Source: Bacillota bacterium
GTDB lineage: Bacteria > Bacillota > Clostridia > Peptostreptococcales > Anaerovoracaceae
DNA length: 64,000 nt
NCBI GenBank assembly: GCA_036839975.1
Contig: DAISVU010000006.1
Coordinates: forward strand, 25,379-89,378
Reading direction: 5' to 3'
Positions 1 to 9,511 of this stretch are shown here, piece by piece. The position numbers were made by a program, and so were the translations under genes. The notes under the pieces are model-generated. The model did no database searches. It saw nothing but the letters and a program-made list of their open reading frames with translations, and was not told where the DNA came from. The first letter of the stretch is position 1. Each line of letters opens with the position of its first letter.

Positions 1-121
1 GACGGACTCGCTGACAGCATAATCGAATCTATGAGCCAGGACTACTAGATCAGCGGAGTCACATATGAAAACAGAAAAAGGGGGAAGCATACAGACCGCG
101 CTGTCATACAGTGCAGAGGAG

Positions 122-152
122 GACCGGCAAAAATGCCGGTCTTTTGCTTTTT
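122..152 (+). terminator. rho-independent terminator of an upstream gene
   Basis: GACCGGC-aaaaat-GCCGGTC stem-loop followed by TTTTGCTTTTT. An ORF tail running in from the window edge stops at 46-48. Confidence 0.7.
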
Positions 153-246
153 GCTGAACAGAACCTGCTGAAGTTAATAAATACAAAATGCGCGTTATGA
201 AGATTTATGTTATAATAAGCGAAATCTATACGAAAGGAGATCCGGT

Positions 247-1965
247 TTGGACATATTCTCAGAAATACTGAAGAATACAGGAGCTTATTATACGTTCGCT
301 GTTAGATGGGTTCTTGCCTTGTTGGGGGTTTTCATACTTTTTAAGTGTATAAAATCACTGCTGCAGGTTAAAAACCCTTCAGAGATCTGGGCATATCTTT
401 CGTGTTCGGACGGCAGAGCACATCCCCTAAAGCATTGGGAAAATCTGATCGGAAGAGCTAAAAGCGCTGACGTTGTGGTCGATATGATAAATATTTCAAG
501 AAATCACGGCACACTTGTCAGGAATACGAAAGGCGTATGGGTATACAACGACCTCGGATCCAAAAACGGCTCGTTCATAAATGGTGAACCTGTAATAGAA
601 CCGACGGTTGTCGACGCAGGCGACACCCTGTCTCTGGGCGGGGCGGACTTCGTCCTCATGCCGCTTTCGCTGGAGGAAAGGCGCGAGAACATAAAATCAA
701 GGATAAGAAAGAGCAGACCTGTATCACCGTGGACACTTCTCATAGCGGTCACTATATTTCAGGTGCTGACAGTCATACAGCTTATAATTGCAAGAGATAA
801 CGGTATTTCCATGCAGATCCCTGTCTCGTTTGCGCTTCTGACTGTGCTCATGTGGGCATACGTCATATTTCTCAAATCGGTAAAACGCAGGGGTTTTGAG
901 ATGGAAATGATAGCGTTTTTCCTGTCGACATTGAGTCTTGCGGTGACTGCTTCAAGAAACCAGGAGGCCACGTTCAAACAGTTTGCGGCGGTAGCTATAG
1001 GGGTTGCGCTGTTCTTTGCTCTCTGCCTGTACTTGAGGGACCTGGAACGAACGAAGAAGGTGAGGATGCTTCTTGTGGGGATAAGTGTGATTCTTCTGCT
1101 GATCAACCTGGTATTCGGAACGAATCAGAATGGGGCGACTAACTGGGTGCATATAGCGGGGATATCGGTGCAGCTTTCAGAACTGGTAAAGATCGCTTTT
1201 ATTTATGCGGGGGCGGCTACGCTCGATGAACTTTATGAAAAGCGTAACCTGACGATGTTCATGATATTTTCGGCATTCTGCCTGGGCTGCCTGGCTTTGA
1301 TGAATGATTTCGGGACAGCGGCGATATTTTTTGTGACATTTCTGGTAATATCATTCCTAAGAAACGGAGATCTTTCAAGGCTGATTCTTATCGCGGGGGC
1401 GGCATTCCTGGCGGCTCTGATGATGCTGAGGTTCAAATCGCATATAGGAGCTCGTTTTGAGATATGGGGACACGTCTGGGAAGAGCCGTACACCGCCGGC
1501 TGGCAGCAGACGCAAGCATTGATGTCTGTTGCCAACGGAGGACTTCTCGGGAACGGCGCGGGCGAAGGATATCTCAGGCAGATAAAAGCATCGGAAACGG
1601 ATCTTGTGTTCGGATTTGTAAGTGAGGAATTCGGGATCATGATAGCAGTTCTTGCCGTGCTTTCTATAGTTACGCTTTCGATATTTGCTGTAAGATCCAT
1701 CGTTGCGGGGCGGTCGGCATTTTATACGATAGCGGCGTGTTCTGCTACTTCTATGTTCCTTTTCCAGGTCATATTGAATGTGTTCGGCTCGCTCGATATC
1801 ATACCTTTCACGGGAGTGACATTCCCGTTTCTGTCAAGCGGCGGAACGAGCATGGTGGCTTCGTGGGGTATGCTTGCGTTTTTAAAGGCGGCGGATACGC
1901 GACAGAATGCGAGCTTTGCGATAAAGATCGGAGACGGTGACGGAATAACGGGTGATATCTCATGA
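247..1965 (+). CDS. FHA-domain-containing SEDS (FtsW/RodA/SpoVE family) peptidoglycan glycosyltransferase
   Basis: TTG start 7 nt after GGAGA. One N-terminal hydrophobic helix, then FHA signatures (IGRAKSAD, SRNHGTL, SKNGSFINGEP). A polytopic SEDS body follows (GATNWV, LVFGFVSEEFG, PFTGVTFPFLSSGGTSM). Confidence 0.85.
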   Translation: MDIFSEILKNTGAYYTFAVRWVLALLGVFILFKCIKSLLQVKNPSEIWAYLSCSDGRAHPLKHWENLIGRAKSADVVVDMINISRNHGTLVRNTKGVWVYNDLGSKNGSFINGEPVIEPTVVDAGDTLSLGGADFVLMPLSLEERRENIKSRIRKSRPVSPWTLLIAVTIFQVLTVIQLIIARDNGISMQIPVSFALLTVLMWAYVIFLKSVKRRGFEMEMIAFFLSTLSLAVTASRNQEATFKQFAAVAIGVALFFALCLYLRDLERTKKVRMLLVGISVILLLINLVFGTNQNGATNWVHIAGISVQLSELVKIAFIYAGAATLDELYEKRNLTMFMIFSAFCLGCLALMNDFGTAAIFFVTFLVISFLRNGDLSRLILIAGAAFLAALMMLRFKSHIGARFEIWGHVWEEPYTAGWQQTQALMSVANGGLLGNGAGEGYLRQIKASETDLVFGFVSEEFGIMIAVLAVLSIVTLSIFAVRSIVAGRSAFYTIAACSATSMFLFQVILNVFGSLDIIPFTGVTFPFLSSGGTSMVASWGMLAFLKAADTRQNASFAIKIGDGDGITGDIS

Positions 1966-3326
1966 AGAAACTTGAAAGAAGAGCGATCCTGTGTCTAATG
2001 CTTGTGGCGGTAATTCTGATCGGTTTGGGTTATTTCATATTCCGCTTCATTACGGAAGGAAATGAATGGGCGGCATTTTATACGAACCGTGCCGTAAACA
2101 ACAGCGGGCATCTTTCAAGAGGTGCGGTTTATGACAAAGACGGCGAAATTCTGCTCAAAAATAAAAACGGCAGGATTCAGTTCAGCGGCAATTATGTAAC
2201 AAGACGTGCGCTGGTGCACCTTACGGGAGACACAAAAAATAACATATCTACGGGTGTGAATAACGTCATGGCCGATAAGCTTGTAGGATACAGCATCCTC
2301 AACGGTACATACAGCTTCGGCGGCACGGGGAGAAACATCACCTTGACAGTGGATGCTGACGTGTGCAGAACCGCGTACGTAGCTCTGGGAGGCAGGACAG
2401 GCACAGTGGGCGTGTATAACTACAAGACCGGAGATATAATCTGCGCTGTCAGCAGTCCCAACTACGATCCGGTAAATCCGCCTGTAACAGATAAAAATGA
2501 TACTTCGGGAATATATATAAACCGTCTGTTTTCATCAACGACGCCACCGGGATCGACGTTTAAGCTTGTAACGGCAGCGGCAGCGCTTGAGAACAAAGGC
2601 AATATTAAAAACTGGAGCTATTACTGTACCGGAGTAAAAAAATACGGCCCGGACAGGGTAACTGACCTCGCGGCACACGGAAGGGTAAACTTAGAGCAGG
2701 CTGTAGCCGTATCATGCAACTGCGGTTTCGGCGTTCTGACTACACAGCTTGGCGCTGACGTAATGAACGACACGGTAAATAAGACAGGACTTACCTCAAG
2801 TTACAATGTGGACGGCATACATACAAAGATAAGCAGGTTCTCATTTAAGGACACACCGAAGGTCAATCTCGCCTGGGCGGGTATAGGCCAGCATAAAGAT
2901 ATGGTGAATCCCGCTGCTATGATGGTATACATGGGAGCGATAGGAAACGACGGTGCAGGGGTGTCACCGAAATTGATCAAGAGCGTGAATTTTTCAAACG
3001 GTCTTACTGCAGATGTGAATTTGAGCAGCGGCTCAAAGCAGATGATCGAAGAGAGCACCGCTAAAACCCTGAAAAGAATGATGCGCAATGCAGTTAAGCA
3101 GACATATGGACAGTGGAGATTTCCGGGTCTTAAGGTATGTGCAAAATCCGGTACTGCGGAAGTAAACAAAAATAGGATGCCTAACGCGCTGTTTACAGGA
3201 TTCATAAATTCAAAGAAGTATCCTTACGCGTTTTTCGTTTTAGTCGAGGAGGGCGGCAACGGGACATCTGCTGCAGGAACGGTAGCAAACACTGTGCTGC
3301 AGAAGATCGTGAATACTTACAAATGA
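1962..3326 (+). CDS. class B penicillin-binding protein (transpeptidase, short PbpA-like form)
   Basis: ATGA overlap with the preceding stop. N-terminal membrane anchor, active-site STFK (PPGSTFKLV) and KSGT motif (CAKSGTAE). Confidence 0.85.
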   Translation: MKKLERRAILCLMLVAVILIGLGYFIFRFITEGNEWAAFYTNRAVNNSGHLSRGAVYDKDGEILLKNKNGRIQFSGNYVTRRALVHLTGDTKNNISTGVNNVMADKLVGYSILNGTYSFGGTGRNITLTVDADVCRTAYVALGGRTGTVGVYNYKTGDIICAVSSPNYDPVNPPVTDKNDTSGIYINRLFSSTTPPGSTFKLVTAAAALENKGNIKNWSYYCTGVKKYGPDRVTDLAAHGRVNLEQAVAVSCNCGFGVLTTQLGADVMNDTVNKTGLTSSYNVDGIHTKISRFSFKDTPKVNLAWAGIGQHKDMVNPAAMMVYMGAIGNDGAGVSPKLIKSVNFSNGLTADVNLSSGSKQMIEESTAKTLKRMMRNAVKQTYGQWRFPGLKVCAKSGTAEVNKNRMPNALFTGFINSKKYPYAFFVLVEEGGNGTSAAGTVANTVLQKIVNTYK

Positions 3327-3378
3327 TATTAAACAAAGCCGGGGTCGGCTCGGCAGGAAATATGCAGGAGGAATTGAA

Positions 3379-3660
3379 ATGACAGATATGCTCAAGGCCA
3401 GCGGACCTTTTATTTTTCTTATATTTGTTATAATGGCAATGGTTTTGACGCTGGGATTTATAATCGCAAGAATAACGAAAAATCAGTACAAGGGCGTTAA
3501 ATATAATGTGTATGATCCAAAAAAGGAAGAAAAGGCTAGAGCTGAAAAGTTTAAGCATGCGGAAACTGAAGCCGCAGCACAAAAAACAGAGCCTGTGAAA
3601 AATTTGGCAGATCAGGCATCAGAAAATGAAGCGGCAAAATACGAGGGAGAAGAAGACTGA
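3379..3660 (+). CDS. small single-pass membrane protein with charged tail (hypothetical)
   Basis: Strong RBS (GCAGGAGGA, 7 nt spacing). One hydrophobic helix followed by a K/E-rich tail. Confidence 0.55.
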   Translation: MTDMLKASGPFIFLIFVIMAMVLTLGFIIARITKNQYKGVKYNVYDPKKEEKARAEKFKHAETEAAAQKTEPVKNLADQASENEAAKYEGEED

Positions 3661-3730
3661 TATAATCAGACGTCGTGTCACGACGCATCGAACATGATAT
3701 GCCGCAGCGCTGAAACAAGGAGGATATGAT

Positions 3731-4588
3731 ATGGGAAGAGTGATAATAATAGGAACGGGACCGGCAGGAGTCTCGGCGGCATTATATACGGCAAGAGCAG
3801 GTGTCGATACGATTATGATAGGCGGCGGAGATAGCGCGCTCAACAAGACGGATGAGATAGAAAATTATTACGGATTTCCGGAGCCTGTAAGCGGTCTGGA
3901 ACTTTTAGAACGCGGGGAAAAACAGGCCGAGAGGCTCGGTGTTAAAATATTGCATGAAGAAGTCGTAGGTCTCGGCTTTGAGGAAAAGTTAAAAGTTATA
4001 ACGGATAAGGATTCATACGATGCAGACAGCATCGTTATTGCGACGGGTTCACCAAGGAATGTGCCGAAGACAGAAGGTCTTTCGGATTTTGAAGGCTCGG
4101 GGGTCAGCTACTGTGCTGTATGCGATGCCTTTTTCAACAGAGGAAAAAATGTCGCTGTACTCGGAAACGGGCAGTATGCGTTGAATGAAGTGCATGATCT
4201 CTTGTCGGTTGCGGCATCGGTTACGGTGCTGACTGACGGCATGCGGCCTGAAGCGGAATTCCCTGAAAATGTATTTGTAAGAACTGAGAAGATAAAAAGG
4301 TTTGCCGGCGAGTCAAGGATAGAGAAAGTGGTATTTGAGGATGATACCCAGATTGATATCTTCAGTGTTTTCATTGCTTATGGAACTGCAGGGAGTGCAG
4401 ATCTTGCCAGAAAGCTCGGCATATTTACTGAGGGCAGCAGGATAAAGGTTGACGAAAGCATGGCGACTAATGTGCCGGGGGTGTTTGCTGCAGGAGACTG
4501 TATAGGCGGAATGCTTCAGATAGCGGCAGCTGTCTATGAGGGTGCGACGGCGGGCACGTCTGCAGTGAAGTATATACGCGGGCTTTAG
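3731..4588 (+). CDS. low-Mr thioredoxin-reductase-like flavoprotein lacking the NADPH-binding motifs
   Basis: AAGGAGG RBS. FAD motif GTGPAG, redox CAVC, C-terminal FAAGDC. GNGQYA replaces GGGxSA, and there is no HRRxxxR motif. Confidence 0.8.
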   Translation: MGRVIIIGTGPAGVSAALYTARAGVDTIMIGGGDSALNKTDEIENYYGFPEPVSGLELLERGEKQAERLGVKILHEEVVGLGFEEKLKVITDKDSYDADSIVIATGSPRNVPKTEGLSDFEGSGVSYCAVCDAFFNRGKNVAVLGNGQYALNEVHDLLSVAASVTVLTDGMRPEAEFPENVFVRTEKIKRFAGESRIEKVVFEDDTQIDIFSVFIAYGTAGSADLARKLGIFTEGSRIKVDESMATNVPGVFAAGDCIGGMLQIAAAVYEGATAGTSAVKYIRGL

Positions 4589-4729
4589 GTACATTTATTA
4601 TTAAAATATCAATATTTGTTTCATGTCCTGAAAATGTGGTATATATCAATCAAGCTGGAAATGTACTGCGCAACAGAGGCAGTCATAACATAAAAATGAT
4701 GTATAGAAAAATTATCGGGAGGTAAAATC

Positions 4730-5278
4730 ATGAAATGGACTTGTTCAGTATGTGGATATACGGTTGAAGGCGACAACCCGCCGGAAAAATGCCCTCAGTG
4801 CGGAGCGCCTGCGGAAAAATTCAATGAAGTAAAAGAAGGAGCTATGGAATGGGCTGATGAGCACGTGGTAGGCGTTGCCGGAGGCGCAGAGACTGAAATT
4901 ATAGAAGGATTAAGAGAAAATTTCAACGGGGAATGTTCAGAAGTGGGGATGTATCTTGCAATGGCGAGGGTTGCGCATAGAGAAGGTTATCCCGAGATAG
5001 GTCTTTACTGGGAAAAGGCTGCGTGGGAGGAGGCGGAACACGCTTCAAAGTTTGCGGAATTGCTCGGTGAAGTAATCACGGATTCGACTGAAAAGAATCT
5101 GCGTATGAGGGTGGATGCTGAAAACGGCGCTTGCGCCGGGAAGAAAGCACTGGCGGCAAAAGCCAAGGAATTGAACCTCGGGGCCATACATGACACTGTT
5201 CATGAAATGGCAAAAGATGAAGCGAGACACGGCAAAGCGTTTGCAGGACTGCTCAACAGATATTTCAACCGGAACTGA
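4730..5278 (+). CDS. reverse rubrerythrin (N-terminal rubredoxin-like CxxC..CxxC plus diiron ferritin-like domain)
   Basis: GGGAGG RBS. CSVCG...CPQCG at the N-terminus, then ExxH diiron motifs ([18 protein letters not shown]). Confidence 0.85.
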   Translation: MKWTCSVCGYTVEGDNPPEKCPQCGAPAEKFNEVKEGAMEWADEHVVGVAGGAETEIIEGLRENFNGECSEVGMYLAMARVAHREGYPEIGLYWEKAAWEEAEHASKFAELLGEVITDSTEKNLRMRVDAENGACAGKKALAAKAKELNLGAIHDTVHEMAKDEARHGKAFAGLLNRYFNRN

Positions 5279-5304
5279 AAAGCAGCAAAGATATTTATCC
5301 AAAG

Positions 5305-5336
5305 GTGCGCAGGCATTGACCGCGCATTTTTGTTTT
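5305..5336 (+). terminator. rho-independent terminator after the rubrerythrin gene
   Basis: GTGCGC-11 nt loop-GCGCAT stem followed by TTTTTGTTTT. Confidence 0.55.
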
Positions 5337-5646
5337 AGCATCTGTATGCAATGTGATGCTGCAATGATAATTTGATAAGCTTGACGATTGCGGTTGGGGA
5401 ATGCGGCATTGAAAAACTGACAGCACATCAATAGGATATCGATTCCGGCATATGCTTAAAATAATTCTTTACTTTAAAAAAATTTTCAGTATAATCATAT
5501 TTGTATATTATAAATTAGGGTATATAGTAAATGAAAATTAAATATATGGAGCGAAAACAAGCAGCAGAGGCAGACAGGCTTCGTATGATGACTAAAAGTC
5601 GGACACACATAAGATGATGTATATTAAAGAAAGGAAGTATTTCAAA

Positions 5647-5868
5647 ATGGAAGAAAAAATCAAAGCAGGCCTTGATACAATAAGACCTATACTTCAAAGA
5701 GACGGAGGAGATATAGAGTTTGTAGAGTACACAGATGACAATATTGTAAGGGTGAGACTGAGGGGACACTGCGCAGGATGCCCCGGAGCCACCATGACGC
5801 TTAAAGGTATAGTGGAAAGGGTGCTCAAAGAGAGTTATCCTGAGATCAAAGGTGTTGAAACTGTTTAG
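5647..5868 (+). CDS. NifU-like (Nfu C-terminal type) Fe-S cluster domain protein
   Basis: AAAGGAAG RBS 9 nt before ATG 5647. IRPILQRDGGDIEFV and the CAGCPG motif. The tracked ORF (5614) starts earlier but lacks an RBS. Confidence 0.75.
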   Translation: MEEKIKAGLDTIRPILQRDGGDIEFVEYTDDNIVRVRLRGHCAGCPGATMTLKGIVERVLKESYPEIKGVETV

Positions 5869-5891
5869 TATCAATAACCGAGGAGACATAA

Positions 5892-7346
5892 ATGAAAATT
5901 CAGGAAAAAATCTACAGAAGGATCGATGCCAATAAAGGTGAGATGATAAAAACCCTGCAGGAGCTTATCAGCATTCCGAGTGTCGTGACTGAAGCAGAAG
6001 AAGATATGCCTTTTGGAAAAAACGTCCATGAGGCATTTTCATATATGATCAAAAAGGCTGAGCAGGAGGGTTTTACTGTTTTCAATGCAGATAATTACGG
6101 AGGCCATATAGAGTTCGGCGGATCTGTGAGCGATGATGCGGTAAAAGAAGGATCATCCATAACCGGTGGATGTATGGGCATAGTCGGACATCTGGATGTC
6201 GTTCCCGAAGGCGGGGACTGGAGTTATGATCCGTACGGTGGAGAGATAGCAGACGGAAAGCTTTACGGACGCGGCGCAATAGATGATAAAGGACCGGTGA
6301 TCTCAGCCTTTTATGCGATGAAAGCGATAAAAGAGGCCGGTATCATGCCAAGGAAGAAAGTAAGGCTTATACTGGGACTCGATGAAGAGACGGAATGGAA
6401 CGGTATGAGGTATTATCTGAAACATACTGATGCTCCTGATTTGGGATTTACTCCGGACAGTGAATTCCCTGCCATTCACGGTGAGATGGGATTGATATTC
6501 TTTGACATTGCAAAGAAGCTCAATCCTTCGCACGACAGCGGTCTCGAATTGAGAAGCCTTAAGGGCGGAAATGCGCCGAATATGGTTGCGGATCATGCAA
6601 GAGCTGTCGTTTTCGATCCGGATCCGCATTGCTATGAAATTATCAGGAGCAAGGCAGGCAAATTCTGTGAGGAGAAAAATGTAAAAATAAGCTGCAAGAA
6701 GTTGGGAAAAAGCCTTGAGATAACAGTGAAGGGAAAATCCGCACACGGCTCGCGGCCGGCGACAGGTGTAAATGCAATATCGATTATGATGGATTTTCTG
6801 GGTCGGCTGGACTTAGTAAGTGACGATATCAGTGATTTTATACAATTCTACAACAAGCATATCGGATATGAGCTCGATGGCTCGTCGCTGGGTGTAGGAC
6901 TTGAAGATGAACCGTCGGGAAAACTTATCTTCAATGTGGGAAAGGTAGACCTGGGCCGTAGAGCCGTTAAGCTTACGGTCAATATAAGATATCCGGTGAC
7001 CTTTCATGTGGACGAAGTCTACGGTGCGATGATGCCGGTACTTGACAGGTATGAGCTCGGTGTGGTCAAAGGTAAATATGAAGCGCCTAAATATCTGCCT
7101 GCGGATGATCCGTTTATAGTTACGCTGATGGATATATACCGCGAGCATACAGGTGACACCGACAGTAAGCCTATGGTGATAGGAGGAGGTACATATGCAC
7201 GCATGTTCGACAACTGTGTGGCATTCGGCTCAAGCTTCCCGGGCGACCGTGAGATCGCACATCAGAAAAATGAATTTATAAGAACAGATGATCTGATGCA
7301 GATAACCAGAATCTATGCCGACACTATCTACCGGCTGACAAAATGA
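5892..7346 (+). CDS. pepV: M20-family dipeptidase (PepV-like)
   Basis: GAGGAG RBS. HLDVVPEG, GRGAIDDKGP and LDEETEW metal-ligand motifs typical of PepV/Sapep dipeptidases. Confidence 0.8.
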   Translation: MKIQEKIYRRIDANKGEMIKTLQELISIPSVVTEAEEDMPFGKNVHEAFSYMIKKAEQEGFTVFNADNYGGHIEFGGSVSDDAVKEGSSITGGCMGIVGHLDVVPEGGDWSYDPYGGEIADGKLYGRGAIDDKGPVISAFYAMKAIKEAGIMPRKKVRLILGLDEETEWNGMRYYLKHTDAPDLGFTPDSEFPAIHGEMGLIFFDIAKKLNPSHDSGLELRSLKGGNAPNMVADHARAVVFDPDPHCYEIIRSKAGKFCEEKNVKISCKKLGKSLEITVKGKSAHGSRPATGVNAISIMMDFLGRLDLVSDDISDFIQFYNKHIGYELDGSSLGVGLEDEPSGKLIFNVGKVDLGRRAVKLTVNIRYPVTFHVDEVYGAMMPVLDRYELGVVKGKYEAPKYLPADDPFIVTLMDIYREHTGDTDSKPMVIGGGTYARMFDNCVAFGSSFPGDREIAHQKNEFIRTDDLMQITRIYADTIYRLTK

Positions 7347-7496
7347 CGACGGTTTCTGTTTCTTAAAAGAAAGAAAAGAGACTGCAGATACCAACTTGCA
7401 AAACGCTGTAAGCATTGCGGGCTGTGGGGAATTGTGTTATTCTTGATAACATAATGGGCCCTGCCTCATTCGACAGGGGGAAAGGAATTTTCAAGA

Positions 7497-9335
7497 ATGG
7501 AAAACAAGGGAAAATATTATATCACCACACCAATTTACTATCCGAGTTCAAATTTGCACATAGGGCATACATACTGCACAGTAATGGCTGACGCAATGGC
7601 CAGGTTTAAGCGTGCTCAGGGCTATGATGTTAGATTTCAGACCGGGACGGACGAACACGGGCAGAAGATCCAGAATATCGCGGAAAAAGAAGGTCTGGAA
7701 CCTATAGAATATATTGACAGAATTGTTGAGGATACAAAAGAACTTTGGAAGACTATGGAGATATCTCACGATGATTTCATCAGAACGACAGAGGAAAGAC
7801 ACGTAAAGAGAGTACAGGATATCTTCATACAGATATATAACAACGGAGATATATACAAAGGACAATATGAGGGGCTTTACTGCACACCCTGTGAGTCATT
7901 TTGGACAGAGAGTCAGCTTGTTGACGGGAAATGCCCGGACTGTGGAAGACCTGTAGAAAGGGCATCGGAAGACGCGTATTTTTTTGAATTATCAAAGTAT
8001 CATGATGCGCTTCTTGACAACTTCAAAAATAATCCGGGATTTTTAGAGCCTGAAAGCAGGCGAAATGAAATGATTGCTTTTCTTGAGCAGGGGCTTGAGG
8101 ATCTGTGCATCTCAAGAACGAGCTTTGATTGGGGCATCCCGGTGCCTATAGATGAAGGGCACGTAATATACGTATGGCTCGATGCGCTTACAAACTATAT
8201 AACGGCACTGGGGTATCCTGATGATCCTGCAGATTATGAGAAGTACTGGCCTGTGGATGTCCATCTTGTCGGAAAAGAGATCGTCAGGTTCCATACGATT
8301 ATCTGGCCTGCTATGCTGATGTCCATGAAACAGCCGCTCCCGAAAAAGGTTCTAGGACACGGATGGCTGCTGCTTGAGGGCGGGAAGATGTCAAAGTCCA
8401 AGGGCAATGTTGTCGACCCGAGAGTCCTGATAGAAAGATATGGTGTAGATGCTCTTAAATACTTTCTGCTCCGGGAATATACGTTCGGGCAGGACGGATT
8501 GTATACAAATGAGGTCATGCTTAAGCGCATGAACTACGACTTGGCAAATGATCTGGGCAATCTGCTTTCAAGAACTGTTTCAATGATAGAAAAATACAGC
8601 GGTGGAGTGTTGCCTGAAGCTTCGGAAGCGGAAGATCACGAACAGAAGAGTTTTGATGATGACCTTAAAGCCACAGCGTTAGACGCGATCGACAATGTCG
8701 AGAAATATATGGAGGATTTCAAGTTCAACATGGCGCTTGAATCAATATGGATTGCAGTCAGGAGAGCCAACAAATATATAGATGAAACATGTCCGTGGGT
8801 ACTTGCGAAGAACGATGAAAACAAATCCAGGCTGGATACAGTGCTGCACAATCTGGCTGAGACATTGAGGATTGTTTCGGTCCTGATCAATCCGTTCATG
8901 CATACGACATCCGAAGAAATAAGAAAGCAGCTGGGTCTCCGGAATGTGGAGCCGAAATGGGACGATGCGCGTAAATTTGAGATGATGTCGTGTGAACGGG
9001 TAAATAAGGGTAAAGCCCTGTTCCCGCGCCTTGATATCGGAAAAGAACTTGATGAGCTTGATGCTCTGAGCGGCGCAGACAAAAACATTCCGCTTCAGCT
9101 TAAGGAGGAAATACAGTTCGACGATTTTGAAAAACTCGATTTGAGAGTCGGAATGATCCTTTCGGCGGAAAAGCATCCTAAGGCGGATAAGCTTCTGGTG
9201 TTCCGGGTCAAGATGGGGACAGAGACGCGGCAGATAATATCCGGAGTTGCAAAGAACTTCAAACCCGAGGAATGTGTGGGCAGAAATGTGGTAGTGGTGG
9301 CGAACCTTGCGCCGCGTAAGCTCAGAGGGCTTTAA
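7497..9335 (+). CDS. metG: methionine--tRNA ligase, ORF closed early by an in-frame TAA inside the C-terminal tRNA-binding domain
   Basis: HIGH (SNLHIGH) and KMSKS motifs and a Zn knuckle (CTPCE..CPDCG). The C-terminal EMAP/Trbp111-type domain begins ([20 protein letters not shown]) but the ORF stops at ...RKLRGL*. Confidence 0.95.
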   Translation: MENKGKYYITTPIYYPSSNLHIGHTYCTVMADAMARFKRAQGYDVRFQTGTDEHGQKIQNIAEKEGLEPIEYIDRIVEDTKELWKTMEISHDDFIRTTEERHVKRVQDIFIQIYNNGDIYKGQYEGLYCTPCESFWTESQLVDGKCPDCGRPVERASEDAYFFELSKYHDALLDNFKNNPGFLEPESRRNEMIAFLEQGLEDLCISRTSFDWGIPVPIDEGHVIYVWLDALTNYITALGYPDDPADYEKYWPVDVHLVGKEIVRFHTIIWPAMLMSMKQPLPKKVLGHGWLLLEGGKMSKSKGNVVDPRVLIERYGVDALKYFLLREYTFGQDGLYTNEVMLKRMNYDLANDLGNLLSRTVSMIEKYSGGVLPEASEAEDHEQKSFDDDLKATALDAIDNVEKYMEDFKFNMALESIWIAVRRANKYIDETCPWVLAKNDENKSRLDTVLHNLAETLRIVSVLINPFMHTTSEEIRKQLGLRNVEPKWDDARKFEMMSCERVNKGKALFPRLDIGKELDELDALSGADKNIPLQLKEEIQFDDFEKLDLRVGMILSAEKHPKADKLLVFRVKMGTETRQIISGVAKNFKPEECVGRNVVVVANLAPRKLRGL

Positions 9336-9434
9336 TCAAAGGGAATGATATTATTTGCATATGATATAAATGATGGCGGAGAATCTCTTGCATTTGTCAC
9401 CACTGATGCGGGCGATGGAAATGCCGTAACATAA
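9336..9434 (+). other. in-frame continuation of metG after the TAA (32 codons, SKGMILFAYD...NAVT*)
   Basis: Same frame as metG. It translates to the conserved end of the tRNA-binding domain (xSxGMIL...), and the TAA sits where a Glu codon is expected. Confidence 0.7.
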
Positions 9435-9511
9435 AAACGACAGGCCTGCTTTTGACAGTCTGAAAAAGACATATCGAATAAAGGCGGGGAGAATGGCGGA
9501 GGATCATTAAA

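Noticed and set aside
65-157. 30-codon ORF (MKTEKGG…) with a GGAG upstream, in the first intergenic region.
   Set aside because: It runs straight through the terminator hairpin at 122-152 and has no recognisable features, so it is probably fortuitous.
7347-7496. T-box or S-box leader upstream of metG.
   Set aside because: Only ~150 nt are available, and I found no T-box sequence (…GGTGG.ACC.CG…), no specifier/antiterminator architecture and no SAM-riboswitch motifs.
9333-9335. TAA in metG as evidence of stop-codon reassignment (alternative genetic code).
   Set aside because: TAA cleanly terminates many full-length ORFs in this window (for example ftsH, glnA, uvrA, frr). A global reassignment is therefore not supported, and a local mutation or error is far more likely.
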